Below are positions 43,686-55,749 of a DNA stretch of 64,000 nucleotides, piece by piece. How positions within the stretch are numbered: position 1 is the first letter of the stretch; every line of letters begins with the position of its first letter. The notes under the pieces were generated by a model. It was not told the DNA's origin, ran no database searches, and worked only from the letters and a program-made list of their open reading frames with translations. The position numbers and the translations under genes were made by a program. The DNA is from Chrysomallon squamiferum (taxonomy: Eukaryota > Animalia > Mollusca): positions 24,242,001-24,306,000 of the forward strand of contig CM022672.1 in assembly GCA_012295275.1 (NCBI GenBank), in the 5' to 3' direction.

Positions 43686-43880
43686 GTGTAGTAGTAGTAA
43701 CAGAAAAGTAGCTGTAGTAAAAGTAGTAATAGTAGTATAGTGGCTGTAGTAAAAGTCGTAATAGTAGTATAGTGGTTATTATTATCTTAATATTTGATGT
43801 TAGTTTTCAATTATTCTGTTTATTTTACATTATCTTGATATTTGATGTTAGTTTTCATTATTATTCTGCTTATTTATAAA
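43540..43880. repeat. (TAA)(CAA)(TAG) microsatellites plus short tandem duplications (~32 bp at ~43709-43772; ~48 bp at ~43784-43878)
   Basis: GCTGTAGTAAAAGT.GTAATAGTAGTATAG occurs twice, and ATCTT.ATATTTGATGTTAGTTTTCA occurs twice. Confidence 0.9.
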
Positions 43881-43893
43881 TTTTTTTGGGTCA

Positions 43894-43924
<31 letters not shown>

Positions 43925-44710
43925 TTATTTTTATTTGCGTTTTATATATATATATATTTTTTTTTTTTATGAGTATGTTTTGTTTCTCCCTTTTTTCTCT
44001 ATGGTGTTTTGTCTGGGATGTTTTGTTTATGTTTCCAGTTTTCTGGGAGACTTTTGATGTTGTTTATTTGTTTATTTGGCGAGGCTGGAGCGGTTTTTAG
44101 TAAAAATGTCTTAAATGTCATTCAGCGTCGCTATTACCTCTCAGGTGCCGCACATCATTTCTTCATTGTGTTAGAAGTTTACTGAAAATCTATGTTGTTT
44201 GTCCAAAGAAGAAATGAGCATCTGGAAAGCATAAAGTTAAGTAGGTATTCCATGTCTAGGTGAATTTCAAAGAATCTTAGTCTGAGAAAGCTTTATGGCC
44301 ATTAAGTGTATTGTTCTGAAATAATGCATCTTTAGTGCACCTGTGTTGTGATATTTCAGAACTTTTATGTTTATTGAAATCATATGTGTGTGATGTTTTG
44401 CTTTACACGATTAAACAAACGTTTTGCTTTAAACGATAAAAAAATATTATATTGAAACCAAGATTTTACATGATGTTTGTTTGTTGTCTTCTCTATATTT
44501 CTTTACGTACTTTTTAGTAAGGCGCGCTATTATTATTTCTTCTTTTTCGTCTACATTATTCTGATAATTTTTTAAAAGTTGAAAAAGATTTTAATTGTAA
44601 ATTAATAAAAAGATGTCTCATATGTTTATCTTTACTTTTATCTATTTTCAAGTAAACTGTCATACTTTTAATTTCAATAGATAGCTAGATATACAGACAG
44701 ATAGGCAGGC

Positions 44711-44743
<33 letters not shown>

Positions 44744-45331
44744 GGCAGACAGACAGACAGACAGACAGACAGATAGTTAGGGATATATATTAATAATCAG
44801 TAAAGACTATATTAATATATATATATATGAACATTCTGACGATATATAATGCAGCTACCTTGATTTTGGTTACACTTTAAGATAAATCACCAAATCGTTA
44901 AGCGTCATATATTTAAATTAGTAGTAACGTGTTTTTAAAATAGTTGAACAATGCTAAGTCTTTGTACATATATCATGCACATTATACACTGTATGCCGAT
45001 AATTAAATGTGCTACGAGTTACCAGAGGAATGTAGAGAACAGAAGTGATTCAAAGGCTCAGAAAATGACAGTAAAAGAAACAGACGTTCAGACCAGCATA
45101 GACAGCAGCTTTTTTTATATTGTGACTGCCACATTACAGTTTTCAAACATAATAAAGAGATATGTGTTTTCTGGTATTTTAGCGCTAACCATTTAATGTA
45201 GTTCCTGTCAGATTATGCAGAGATATTGGCGTACCTGAGAAATTAGTTCCAGGCAGCTAGAAAGATTATTAACCTGAGAATTTTATAAAATGGTACATAA
45301 AACGTTAACAAAGTTAAAATAATTCATTAAT

Positions 45332-45555
45332 ATTGCGACTGGGTTTTGCCCATAAAGATTGACTCTGGATCCCTTTTTTATTACGAAGCTTGGACGGTTT
45401 TGGACAGATCTGAGAGGTATATGTTTTGCTAAATTTTCTTATAATTTTCTTGTCTTATCTCAACCTTATACATTATACATTTCATTAGAAGCGGAATTCT
45501 CAACAACTGTGGCCGTGACCTTTTCTCACATTTTGACGGAAAACCAAGTCAAAAT
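45332..45555. mobile_element. Candidate small MITE
   Basis: The left end ATTGCGACTGGGTTTTGC matches the reverse complement of the right end, ATTTTGACTTGGTTTTCC, at 14/18. There is no clear TSD. Confidence 0.3.
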
Positions 45556-47204
45556 TTAACACAATAGCTCGTTTCAAAAAATAAACAATGATTAATCTTG
45601 ACGCAAATCTACCAAAATATATCATGCAGTCTAACAGGCTTTTGTTGGCAAAAGAAGACTCATTTCAGTTGATGTTCTGTTTGAAAAGTACTTCTTGCGC
45701 CAACTGCAGTTGGACAGAGTCCAACTACTAGTTCAACATTCAGTGGCGTTTAAGAGTTCCTTATACATTCAAAAAACTTACTTGAAGGGTAAACAATAGA
45801 AGCACGTTAGTGAAAATAAACTGCCTCCATTACTAATAACTGCTGACAAAAGTAAATATCCAGAAACATATACATCAAAGTAATGAAACTGCAAATGAAA
45901 ATCAGTTTTATTCTTCTGTTATCAGGCAATAAGTTACGGGACTGATGAAGTTATCGTTATCATCTCTTCAAATTCGAATGGGGATGTAGCAATTGGTATC
46001 ATTTAATATACAGTATATGTATTAGACAAACACAATCCACTGTGTATCTTCCGCTTGCAATAATACGATAGTGGGCGGCAGATGAAATAACCAAGACTTA
46101 TTTGATTTTTTCCACATTAATTATATATTCATTTGAACTTTAATAATTGTAATATAAGCATGATGATCTATAATTTTTTTGGTTGTCTATTTTAAAACTG
46201 AAAAAATAGTTTTATTTCTAGTTCAAGCAATTTTCGCAAGTCTGTATCATTCAATGACGTAATATTAACTATGAGCATCGATATGTGTATAATTATATTA
46301 GGATGTTTCGATGAAACCAGAGAATATGAAAAAAAAGAAAGAAGAAATATAATTATAACATAAATGATTTCACACTTTTCTGTTTTCTATTTAATTTATT
46401 CTGTTTTGTTTTTACTGTTGTTGTTGTGGTAGTGGTGGTTGTTGTTAACTTTAATTATTATTATTATTATTTTTTATCTATAGTAATGGAAAAGTTGTCT
46501 CCCTTAACAAAGATGAAACTTTCAAAAAAACGGGACTAGAGGAAATATTTAAATGACATCGATTCCAAGGACTGAGGCTGACTAATTATTTTAATTAATG
46601 AACTGACACGATGCTCGTTAGGTCGCGCTGGATGCTTTAGTCACACTCTTCTCAAATTAATGCATGATGATCGTTTAATCACTGTCATTGTTAATTTTGT
46701 AAATGAAACATTTCGCACTGTGGAATCGAAACTGTTAAGACTGCTGTATTATAATACCGTTATTTTGAAACATCTTCGATTTAATGAACATTCGGCCTCG
46801 ACGCACACTCATTAACCCATTAAAACGAGTGAATTCTGTAATAATGAAACCGTGAAATTCACTGTCCGTTTAATACACGTAGATTTCCAGAGTCTTACCT
46901 TTAACATCGCATCTGTTAATTATTAAGCTTTAAAGAAAGACTGGTGAGAAATGTACAAAACTGCTTCATCAGGTTTTGATTTTCTACACATTACGTTTAT
47001 TAGCCATGGCTCTGATCTCAGTGATAGACATTAACATTTTATTTAAATACGTCAAGTTCCTTTTAACAGTAAAAGGAAAACGAAATTTATGGGAGAAGTA
47101 AAGTAATAACATACATTAAAACGAAGAAAATAAACTTCAGCTTTTTAATATTTTTTCTCTTTTAAAACAATTTTGCTAATGCTAATAATATATAAATAAA
47201 TATA

Positions 47205-47243
<39 letters not shown>

Positions 47244-48498
47244 AAAAAGCACAATAACCATTATAGTTACTATTATTATCGACTCCATGCCATCGTCATC
47301 ATTATAATTATGTTTTGATATACTTGGCATGAAAAATTGCTTTCATGTTGTGTTTTGTAATTGTGAACACGCGATCTCCACATCTTCATTTAAAGAAAAT
47401 TTTGACTGCAGTGAATCAGTAATTCCTTGCAGGAGTCTACTACTTTTATATTTATCAAAAACTAAATTGAAGACGATGGAATATATAGATAATGTTTCAT
47501 CTACGTCATGGCAAATTGTTAAAGAATTTTCTAGATAATTGTAAATACAAGAGACAAAGCATAGCTAATATTTATTTGGATATAATGTCAAAAAATATTA
47601 AAAACAAAAAGAAACAATTTAGAAAAATGTTTTTATATTATTTCTAAATTTATATATTTACACTGAGTATTGTTCTTATTTTATCTCTAAAATGTCTTTT
47701 TTCTCTCTCTCTCGTAATTTATTTCCATTTATCTTTAAACATGCTTTCTTTATAATTCAATTTGGCAAGCACGATATACTAATTGGATACGGAAAAATAA
47801 CTTTTATGAAAATCATATGTTCTAACTTGCAGCGATGTATGACCTACATCACAAATTTCAAACCGCGTATTTGAGGGAAAGACAATGAGAGATGATGTAT
47901 TTCCATCTACCATACAAATATAATGCTGGTAAGTTAATATCAGGAATATTCTCTTTCACAGATAATTCTAATTAAAAAAAAAAAAATTCTTTATAATATG
48001 CATATTCGAGTTATTCAACAATTCATTACTTAAAATGATTTCTATATTTTTAAAGTAAATAATTAGTTATTTTCGAAAGCATATGATCAGTACATAATTA
48101 AATATTGTCTTGTTGCAATTTTGTATTGCTAATCCTTGTAATTTGCTCATTGTAGGGCATTATACATTGTAGAGTATGTTAGAGAGTTAGAGAAAGGAGT
48201 GCTAGTATATACCTCCCCTGTTAGATCTGGAGGCGAAATATGATGCGTACGAGTCTTAACGTCGATAGTTAAAAATGGAATCTGCTTTACGTTTTGCCAT
48301 GTGTGTCATCTGTACAAAAAATAAATACAAAATTCAGATGATTTTTTTACATATTTTTTCTCGTAAATGGTATTTGTCATTATGATTAAACCGTTGATAA
48401 ATATAACATTTTCCTTAAAATCTTTAGCGAGTTCTGATTGGCTGAGATGTTACAATTTACTGAAATGTTCTTTTAATAAATAAATAAGTAACTAACTA

Positions 48499-48552
<54 letters not shown>

Positions 48553-48553
<1 letters not shown>

Positions 48554-49124
48554 GGTCATTTAATGTCAAATCACCCAATGCGTTTAACCTAACCATCTTC
48601 GATTTTGCTGAAATTACATAAAATGTGTACCAGCACGTGCAAACTCGTGCATTTGTGTATATTACTGCTTTAGAGGTGTTAAAATGGGCATTTTGTGGTC
48701 AGGTATGTCTACTTTAAGTGAATTTTACTACTAAACAAAAATATTACACATGTGTATGTTTTATATGTATCTTCGAGTTTAATTCTGACTCTTCAATTGG
48801 ATCACAAGGTCAAGTGGGGCACAAGGTCGAATTCAATATCAAGCAAAAGGTCGGTGTAGCTTGTCTCTATCAAGGAAATAATAAGAGATTTGGAATGCTT
48901 ATTAAATTAGTTTTCCAGTGACACTACTGGTTACCGAGATATGAGCCAGTTTTATGGTAAAAAAAAAAAAAAAAATTAAGGGCCAATATCTACAAAACTT
49001 CCGCTCCGACTCAATTAATATTTGAAATTTTGGCAAGTTATGTCAAGCCCAGTCAGTAAAATCTAAGATAATGAGGTTAAAATTTTACTCTTTTTTTTTT
49101 TGGAGGGGAAAGGTGGTTTGACCC
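48553..49124. mobile_element. Non-autonomous DNA transposon (MITE), 572 bp, superfamily uncertain
   Basis: The termini are GGGTCA...TGACCC, with TAAT on both sides within a (TAA)n tract. The subterminal inverted repeat AACCTAACCATCTTCGATTTTGCTGA (48586-48611) matches the reverse complement of 49053-49078, AACCTCATTATCTTAGATTTTACTGA, at 21/26. Confidence 0.7.
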
Positions 49125-51166
49125 TAATAATAAGAATAATGATGATGATGATGTTACAAATATTACGATTCTGTCGCACACTGTGGTGTAAGATCAGAGT
49201 TGTTATGATTTAAATATTGTAACAATAGTTCAGATATATATGAGAATTATAGTGATAAGTCACTTTAACATAACACCACCTGACAGTTTGAGACTTTCAA
49301 AAACTGTCTGTTAAATTAGCGTAAGATAACATTATATTAAGATGCAAGGCAAAAATAATAATAATAATAATTAAATTAATTAATTAAAATTTAAAAAGAA
49401 AATAGAAAAAGAAAACAAGTTTAAATATAGGCTAAGAACGGAAACTTGTACAGATTTTACTAACAGGATTAAAAATAAAACCACATCTCTGTTCTGTGGT
49501 TTGGAGGCTGAGATGATAGAAATTTTCCATGAAGTTGGCTGTTGAGGATATCGTTTTATTTCAGTTGTTTTGTGGGGTTTTTAATTGTTTATTTGTTCCC
49601 CGTATTGCAGTTTTATTTTTTGTTCTGTGGAAAGTTTGTTTTAATTTTAAACTGTTACTAACAGGAAATGAATAAAGATGAGCTGCATAAAATATATTCC
49701 CAGAACATTTCACGATTAGGAAGTATGGGGTACGCCTCCATAGTTAATGGAAAGTCAAAAATGTCAAACCCTAATTACAACACGCTCTGCTGGAGAATAA
49801 TATTTAAAATAAAAAATAAATATTTTTAGATGAACTATGCCTTCTCAAAATATTGTTTTTAAATTATTTTGTCTTCTTAAAATATTAATGTATTTTTCCC
49901 ATAAGACCTGTCGTTTAACAGAGTGAGTCTTGTAAACCAGCAGTTGCAGAATGTTAAAAATGTTCAGGTAACTGCACGAAATAATCCAACAAGTTTACAG
50001 CATACTAACTGTTTTCAATTCTCAGTATCTTACATAATTATGTGATTTTGTTTTATTTAAAGGAACAAACAGTAGATCAGCCCTAGTTTGAGATATAAAA
50101 TCAGTTATCCTCTGTAGGCTGCAGGACTGATTCTGATTGTGGTCAATACTACACGACTGATATGGTGTATTTTCATGGGCTGTTTCCAGTTCACCAGACT
50201 CTATTGTTTTTATATAGAAATTAGTTGTGTACGTTAATCCCTAATATAACATGCGATTATTGTATTGGATAGTCTAATTCAATAAATAACGTGCAAACTC
50301 TGTTCATTCGTTTTAGTGATGCACGTATTTGTTATGCGTTCACTGAATGCACATTAACATGAATGCAAATTAGTTAACATTACAGTCATTCATAATATCC
50401 ACTGTCAGTACTCATTTAATCTGTATTTATTGTAATGATTCATCCATAGTTATGTTAACACTGCCCTTTTTACCGGCTTTCAGATGAGCTGTGATCAAGA
50501 GATGAGATTAGAACAGTAACGTGTAACATAATTTTAACTGCACTGTTTACCCACACTACTGGAGCAGACCACAACCTCCCGTGCAGTGGACCGCTAACGT
50601 TATCTCTTCAGGCGTCCGGCACTGGGAACATAGTAACAAACAAACTGCTTGCTAGGTAATAAAAAAAAGAGAAGTTCGTTGTTTTTCTTTCATCTTTATA
50701 AAATCGTATTTCACATATAAATATATTAATAAAATGAGGATAATATTCACCAGTCCTCGATTTAAAAATATTTGATGCTGCTGAGGTCAAAAAAGGTTTT
50801 CTTACGTTTCATTAAAATCCATTGTTAATTATGTTGTATAATGTAACAGCCACTATTGCCAAACAGCTATAAATAGATACATCGTAATTTGTTTTCATTT
50901 ACGTGTATTAACTTCACCATAGGCAGCTGCTAATTTAAGAAATTCGCAAATACATTTTAATGAACGCTGCAGGTTTCCTAATTTAAACCTCACCTTATGG
51001 CAATAACGTTATATTTCACAGTGTTATTATTTTACAGTAAGTGTTAACTTGCGCATACCTTTTAGCTATTACAATTTGTTCAGTGTTTTTGTTTTGTTTT
51101 ATTGAAATTTATTTTCTTTCTGTTATGTATATTTCAAAACATTGTTATTATTATGATTATTGTTAT

Positions 51167-51209
<43 letters not shown>

Positions 51210-51810
51210 GTTATTATTATTATTTTGTTTTGTTTCTGATCATAATGCTTTTAAATATTTTTGTTTCATTTCTTGCTTATAATATACATCTGTGTTCGTT
51301 TGCATTGTTGTAATTTGCATGTATATTATTCTGCATTGTTGTATATTGCTGATCCTCATAACTATTTTTCCTTTCCATATATAGCAAGTATCCGACTAAC
51401 AAAATTAAATTAAGTGAAAGGTACATTGAAAAATTCTCTGAATGTTCACCGCCTCTGAATATTACCTGGACAGTTTTAGATTAAAAACATAAAATACTTG
51501 TTGATTGGATATTTATTTTTGAAAATCAAATTCAAATTCCACTACATAATTCTAATATTCAAGAAACAAAAGGCTTGGCCGACTTATTTCGACAAAAGGC
51601 GAATACGTCATCCTGCTGGTGTCCTCCCAAAAGACAGACGTCCCATAACGCAGACGCAATAAAGCAACACACGGTTGAGCACATTACTAATGACCTGTCG
51701 TTTACCTTGAATGATACATATAGTAAATAATGGAATACTCTGATACAACTAAATACAGAACACTAAACAAAATGATACAGGATTAGATTTGTTTATAGAT
51801 TTTAACATTT

Positions 51811-52280
51811 TTATCCTAATTTTAAAAGATGTCCAATCTGATCCAAGAACTGAATGGGTGTTTTCTGGCAAAGAATTAACTGTTACTTCAGTCGCATGAG
51901 TCTATATTCCTTCTGTTTATAAACTATCTTTCTTGGTGGCGGGGTAGATCCAAAATTTATCTGTCTCAATTTAGCACATTCTGATGTTTCTTTTCCTTTT
52001 ATCAGTTCTACAAATCTGTATATGGTGAAGTTGAACTGACTGGCTCATTCTGGAATGAAAAATCTCCAGATTATTGTTTGTTTTGGGGCTTGTGGTCAGA
52101 TGACGGATCCACAAAATCAAAGGAAATCTGGCATCATCGTCTATCCTTGTAGAAACCACATAATCATTTAATGTCTCCGCCTGTGCAACATCAGGTATCC
52201 ATGGCTTCAAACCATGCATCCAGCTACCATTTGCTCATCTGTAGAAAACACAAGCATGTTATCTTCATTTCCATTGCTAA
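51811..52280 (-). pseudogene. MULE transposase relic (pre-catalytic motif fused to the C-terminal part; most of the catalytic core deleted)
   Basis: Across frameshifts it translates as GNEDNMLVFSTDEQM / LDAWFEAM / DYVVSTRIDDDARFPLILW..PKTNNNLEIFHSRM / IYRFVELIK..GSTPPPRKIVY..EYRL..QFLDQIGHLL*. This matches the metazoan MULE pattern DY..TW..FP..LW..RTNN.LEGWH..P.I..F..G..PP.RK.KY. Confidence 0.8.
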
Positions 52281-53129
52281 TTCAGTTTATTGACGGTTCA
52301 TGCCTATCAGTCATACGTGTCAACAGTCACACACCCAATACCCAGAAAGGCAGTCTGGTGGAATACTGGTCTGTGTACATCTATGCTTCAGTGGACTGTT
52401 CCAGAGCAGATTATTTTGATGGGCTGTTTAGTAAATTACTAATGAAAGTTTGTTGATCGTATATTGTACAAGTTTGTAAACACTTGTATTGAAGAAGTTT
52501 AAAAAGATATAAATTTTAGTTGTTTTATAGCTAATCACAATAACATCTCAAATTATTACAATTTTCTAAAAGGAGTTGTACACAAATTTGGTAAACTAAC
52601 GAGATCCTGTTTTAATCATGTAATGTAATCACTTCTCCAGCTGCTTGTAGAAGAAGATTAGTTGTTAATGACTAAAACTAATCAAATACACAGACAAAGC
52701 AAATATAGATTTTAGTTGGAATGATAACTGATTAAATTTTTACACTTTTCTGTGGGGACATGCAAACATTTGTTTCTCTGACTGTACCATTATTAGCTAC
52801 CGGGTGTGCTCTTTGTTGTTTTAAAATGTATGACCACTGGTAGGTATGACTTTAGGGAGATTACCGTATCAGTTGTGGGCTTTATTGGCGGTTCCACCTC
52901 ATTTGTCAGTTAAACAGTTTGTGAGACAGTGTAATTAGTTTGATTGGCTGGCCTCACTATCTATAATGGGATAGCCCAATGAGCTTGGTATTTCATTGTT
53001 TAACTGGTGGTAACTCTTGCTTTGGAGTGAGAACGTATTAGTCAGCTGTGCATTTAAAACTTTAAAAATCTGTCTCCCACATAGCCAAAATGATGCTGGG
53101 ATATCTGGGCCAAATGTTTTGATAGTAAA

Positions 53130-53360
53130 TTGGTATTAAGAGCTATGGTCCGTTTTTTTTGTATTAAGTGAATATAGCTCAGTAGATAGAAGTACTCTGG
53201 TAGTGATGCTGATGAGTGTATAAGAGTGAATAAAATTCAAATAAAATTAACATTGGTATTAAGGACTATTGTCCGTGTTCATATTTAGTGAATTTAGCTA
53301 AGTAGATAGCAATACTCTGGTAGTGATGCTGATGAGTGTGTACATATGAGTGAATAGAAT
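53130..53360. repeat. Tandem duplication, period 123 bp, inside the MULE element
   Basis: TTGGTATTAAG..GTCCGT..AGTGAAT.TAGCT.AGTAGATAG..TACTCTGGTAGTGATGCTGATGAGTGT occurs at 53130 and 53253. Confidence 0.93.
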
Positions 53361-53726
53361 ACCGCATGAATGAATGAATGAATAAATCATTTGTATATCA
53401 GATGGGTTTTGTTTTTCATTACATTACAACCAGTGTATCATCCGATACTCACGACAATCATGCAAACTAGCCATTCCTTTTAGGGACAACGCTGATGTCC
53501 AGATGTACTGATAGGACTATAACACGAATACAGTAGACTGACCAAAGTTAATCCCATACCAGCCAACTCCGACCTAGCCAAACCCAATATTGTTGTAATA
53601 GATTGATTTGGTTAGTTTTTTTGGGCTAGGTGGGAGGACACCATTTAATGTTTGAATATTAAATAAATACATAATTTCACTGACAATACATTTGTTGGAG
53701 AAAGACCACCCTCTTGTCTTTTCCAT

Positions 53727-53935
53727 GTGTTCATGTTTGCAACTGATACCCAGCTCCTAGCATTCGAGGAAACCGAAACCATGTAGAGACATGGATGGCA
53801 CCTTCACCGCGTGTCCCGACCTGTGGGACCAACTCGACATCATTCATGCAAGAAAAAGATCCTCAACGTACCCCCTCCTGACCGCCGGACAACGACCTAC
53901 CAGCGACTGTTCGGCCACTTGAAGACCCACCTCCA
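53727..53935 (+). pseudogene. Second MULE transposase relic containing the first catalytic Asp motif (DGTF)
   Basis: It translates as VFMFATDTQLLAF..* / MDGTFTACPDLWDQLDIIHAR..TYP / PDRRTTTYQRLFGHLK, matching the MULE pattern IFAT..L..MDGTF..P..QLY.IH..LP.K...TY.RLF..LK. It has two frameshifts and a stop. Confidence 0.85.
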
Positions 53936-54139
53936 TCACGAACGTATGCGAATTTACAGTGCTGTGCTCTAGACTGTATTAACTTATTTTAACTGTATTT
54001 AACTGTACATTCTGTTATGCGAACTTATAGTGCTGTGCTCCAGACAATGTAAATTATTAAATTATGCGTTATGTTATGCGGACGTAGTTCTGTTATCTTT
54101 GTTAGGCAGTGCCCATTATTCACATAGGTAATGGGCTGG

Positions 54140-54214
54140 TGATTATCTGGGTGTCTGACAAATGGGCACTGGTGGTGGTCTGACAAATGGGGTTCTGATT
54201 AATGGGGGGACACC
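54140..54214 (+). mobile_element. 3' terminus of the second MULE element, with subterminal repeats
   Basis: The reverse complement reads GGTGTCCCCCCA (11/12 to the 51618 TIR), followed by CCCA-N5-CAGA(C) units. GTCTGACAAATGGG occurs twice on the plus strand. Confidence 0.7.
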
Positions 54215-55024
54215 CTATTGGCAGATACAAATAGTAACTGACCATAATGTACAAAAACGACGGGTGCAAGCAGCAACTGATGACGTACGTATGAATGCTG
54301 TTGTAAATAAAATAATGTTATTAATCTGAATACCATTCAAAAGATATTATCTCTGTTTCTATTTTGAAATGTGTATATATTTGTGTCTGTAACAATTATT
54401 AGTAGTGTTTGAATATTCATTTAGAATTTATTATCCGTCTTTATACATACATATTTATCTTTTAATATTACGTTAGTTTAAACACCCAACCATATTGTGT
54501 TTCTGTCAATACTGACGGAAAAGGTTTTATGTTTTTCTGTATTTACATGTATTTCGGAGGGAGGGTGTCTTTTAATCCAGACTCTCATGTACAAATAATT
54601 TTAATATAATCTCCTATTTCTATTCAACAAAAATCTCTTCCTCTGGGAATTTTACTTGTATGAAAGGAAATTCATTTTGCAAGAAACTTGTTTATGAGAA
54701 ACTAGATCCTGCAGCAAGCCGCTTATAACATCTGTACTTGACAAAAGTAATAATAAATTAAATTAAAAACTGCTTGGACAGTATTTTAATTATAAAATGC
54801 AAACATTATTAAAAATATTTAAAAAAAAATAATAATAATAAAATAAAATCTTTAAGTTATTTCATTCCATATTTATAAATAATCACATAATTATAATTTT
54901 GAACAGCATGTTTTCATAAATTTAAAAACCACTATGTACTAATATGCTTATGTTTGTGAAACAGATTATAGTTTTCAACATATCTGTGCATATATGTATG
55001 CATATGTTTCTGTGTATATTTATA

Positions 55025-55749
55025 CAGTATACCCTCACCTGTTCGCGGTTCCCCATTCGCGGCCCCGCATATTCGCGGGTTAGGCTCTTAACCCTATCGC
55101 ATCGTATGCTGGTATACCAGGCGAGCGTCATAACGTCATAAAAACAAATGCTCGGTAAACCGCACAAACAATATCAAATTTTTTCAATTATTATTGCAAT
55201 ACAGTACGTATTTTTTTATAAATGCATACACTGTATGTACAGTGCATATTGTTTGTGACCGTGTATTAATAATGTTTTTAATTTCATATTATTACTGAAT
55301 TGTATTATTATTACCTGAACTGTGCGTACTGTATTTATCTGTCTGTTTGCCTTTAAATTTGTTCCACTTTCTGGCAATTCTAATACATATGTTGTACGCA
55401 TAGAAAATGACTTTACGGTACAGTAATACTGTATGGGTTACTGTGCTTTGCGGTGTTACTGTCCTCCTGTACTTACGTTTCTTTCTGATTAAAATATTGT
55501 TTCAGTACAAAATTAAAATGTGTTTACATTATCATTACTACATTAGTGAAATACATAACTGCATGCAATATTACTACATTATTACTGTATTAATGAGTAA
55601 GAGTGTCTTTAGAAAGTATTTGGGAAGCATTTAGTACCGTATATAATCTCATAATAGACGTTTTAAAACTGCATCCAATATTCGCGGTTTTTCGCTATTC
55701 GCGGGGGGGGGTAAAGAACGTAACCCCCGCGAATAGCGAGGGAATACTG
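55025..55749. mobile_element. Tc1/mariner (pogo/Tigger-like) MITE, 725 bp
   Basis: The left TIR is CAGTATACCCTCACCTGTTCGCGG and the reverse complement of the right end is CAGTATTCCCTCGCTATTCGCGG. The TA TSD is at 55023-55024 and 55750-55751. Subterminal (A)TTCGCGG motifs are repeated at both ends, and the interior is AT-rich and non-coding. Confidence 0.9.

Larger units (their letters stand above)
51618..53642 (-). mobile_element. Internally deleted Mutator/MULE-like DNA transposon, ~2.0 kb
   Basis: A perfect 12-bp TIR, GGTGTCCTCCCA (51618-51629) / TGGGAGGACACC (53631-53642), encloses a minus-strand MULE transposase relic. No TSD is recognisable. Confidence 0.7.

Noticed and set aside
53205-53360. 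CTGATGA motifs as hammerhead ribozyme or C/D box cores (also 39934, 45942)
   Set aside because: None has a stem II closed by GAAA, flanking stems or a C/D terminal stem.
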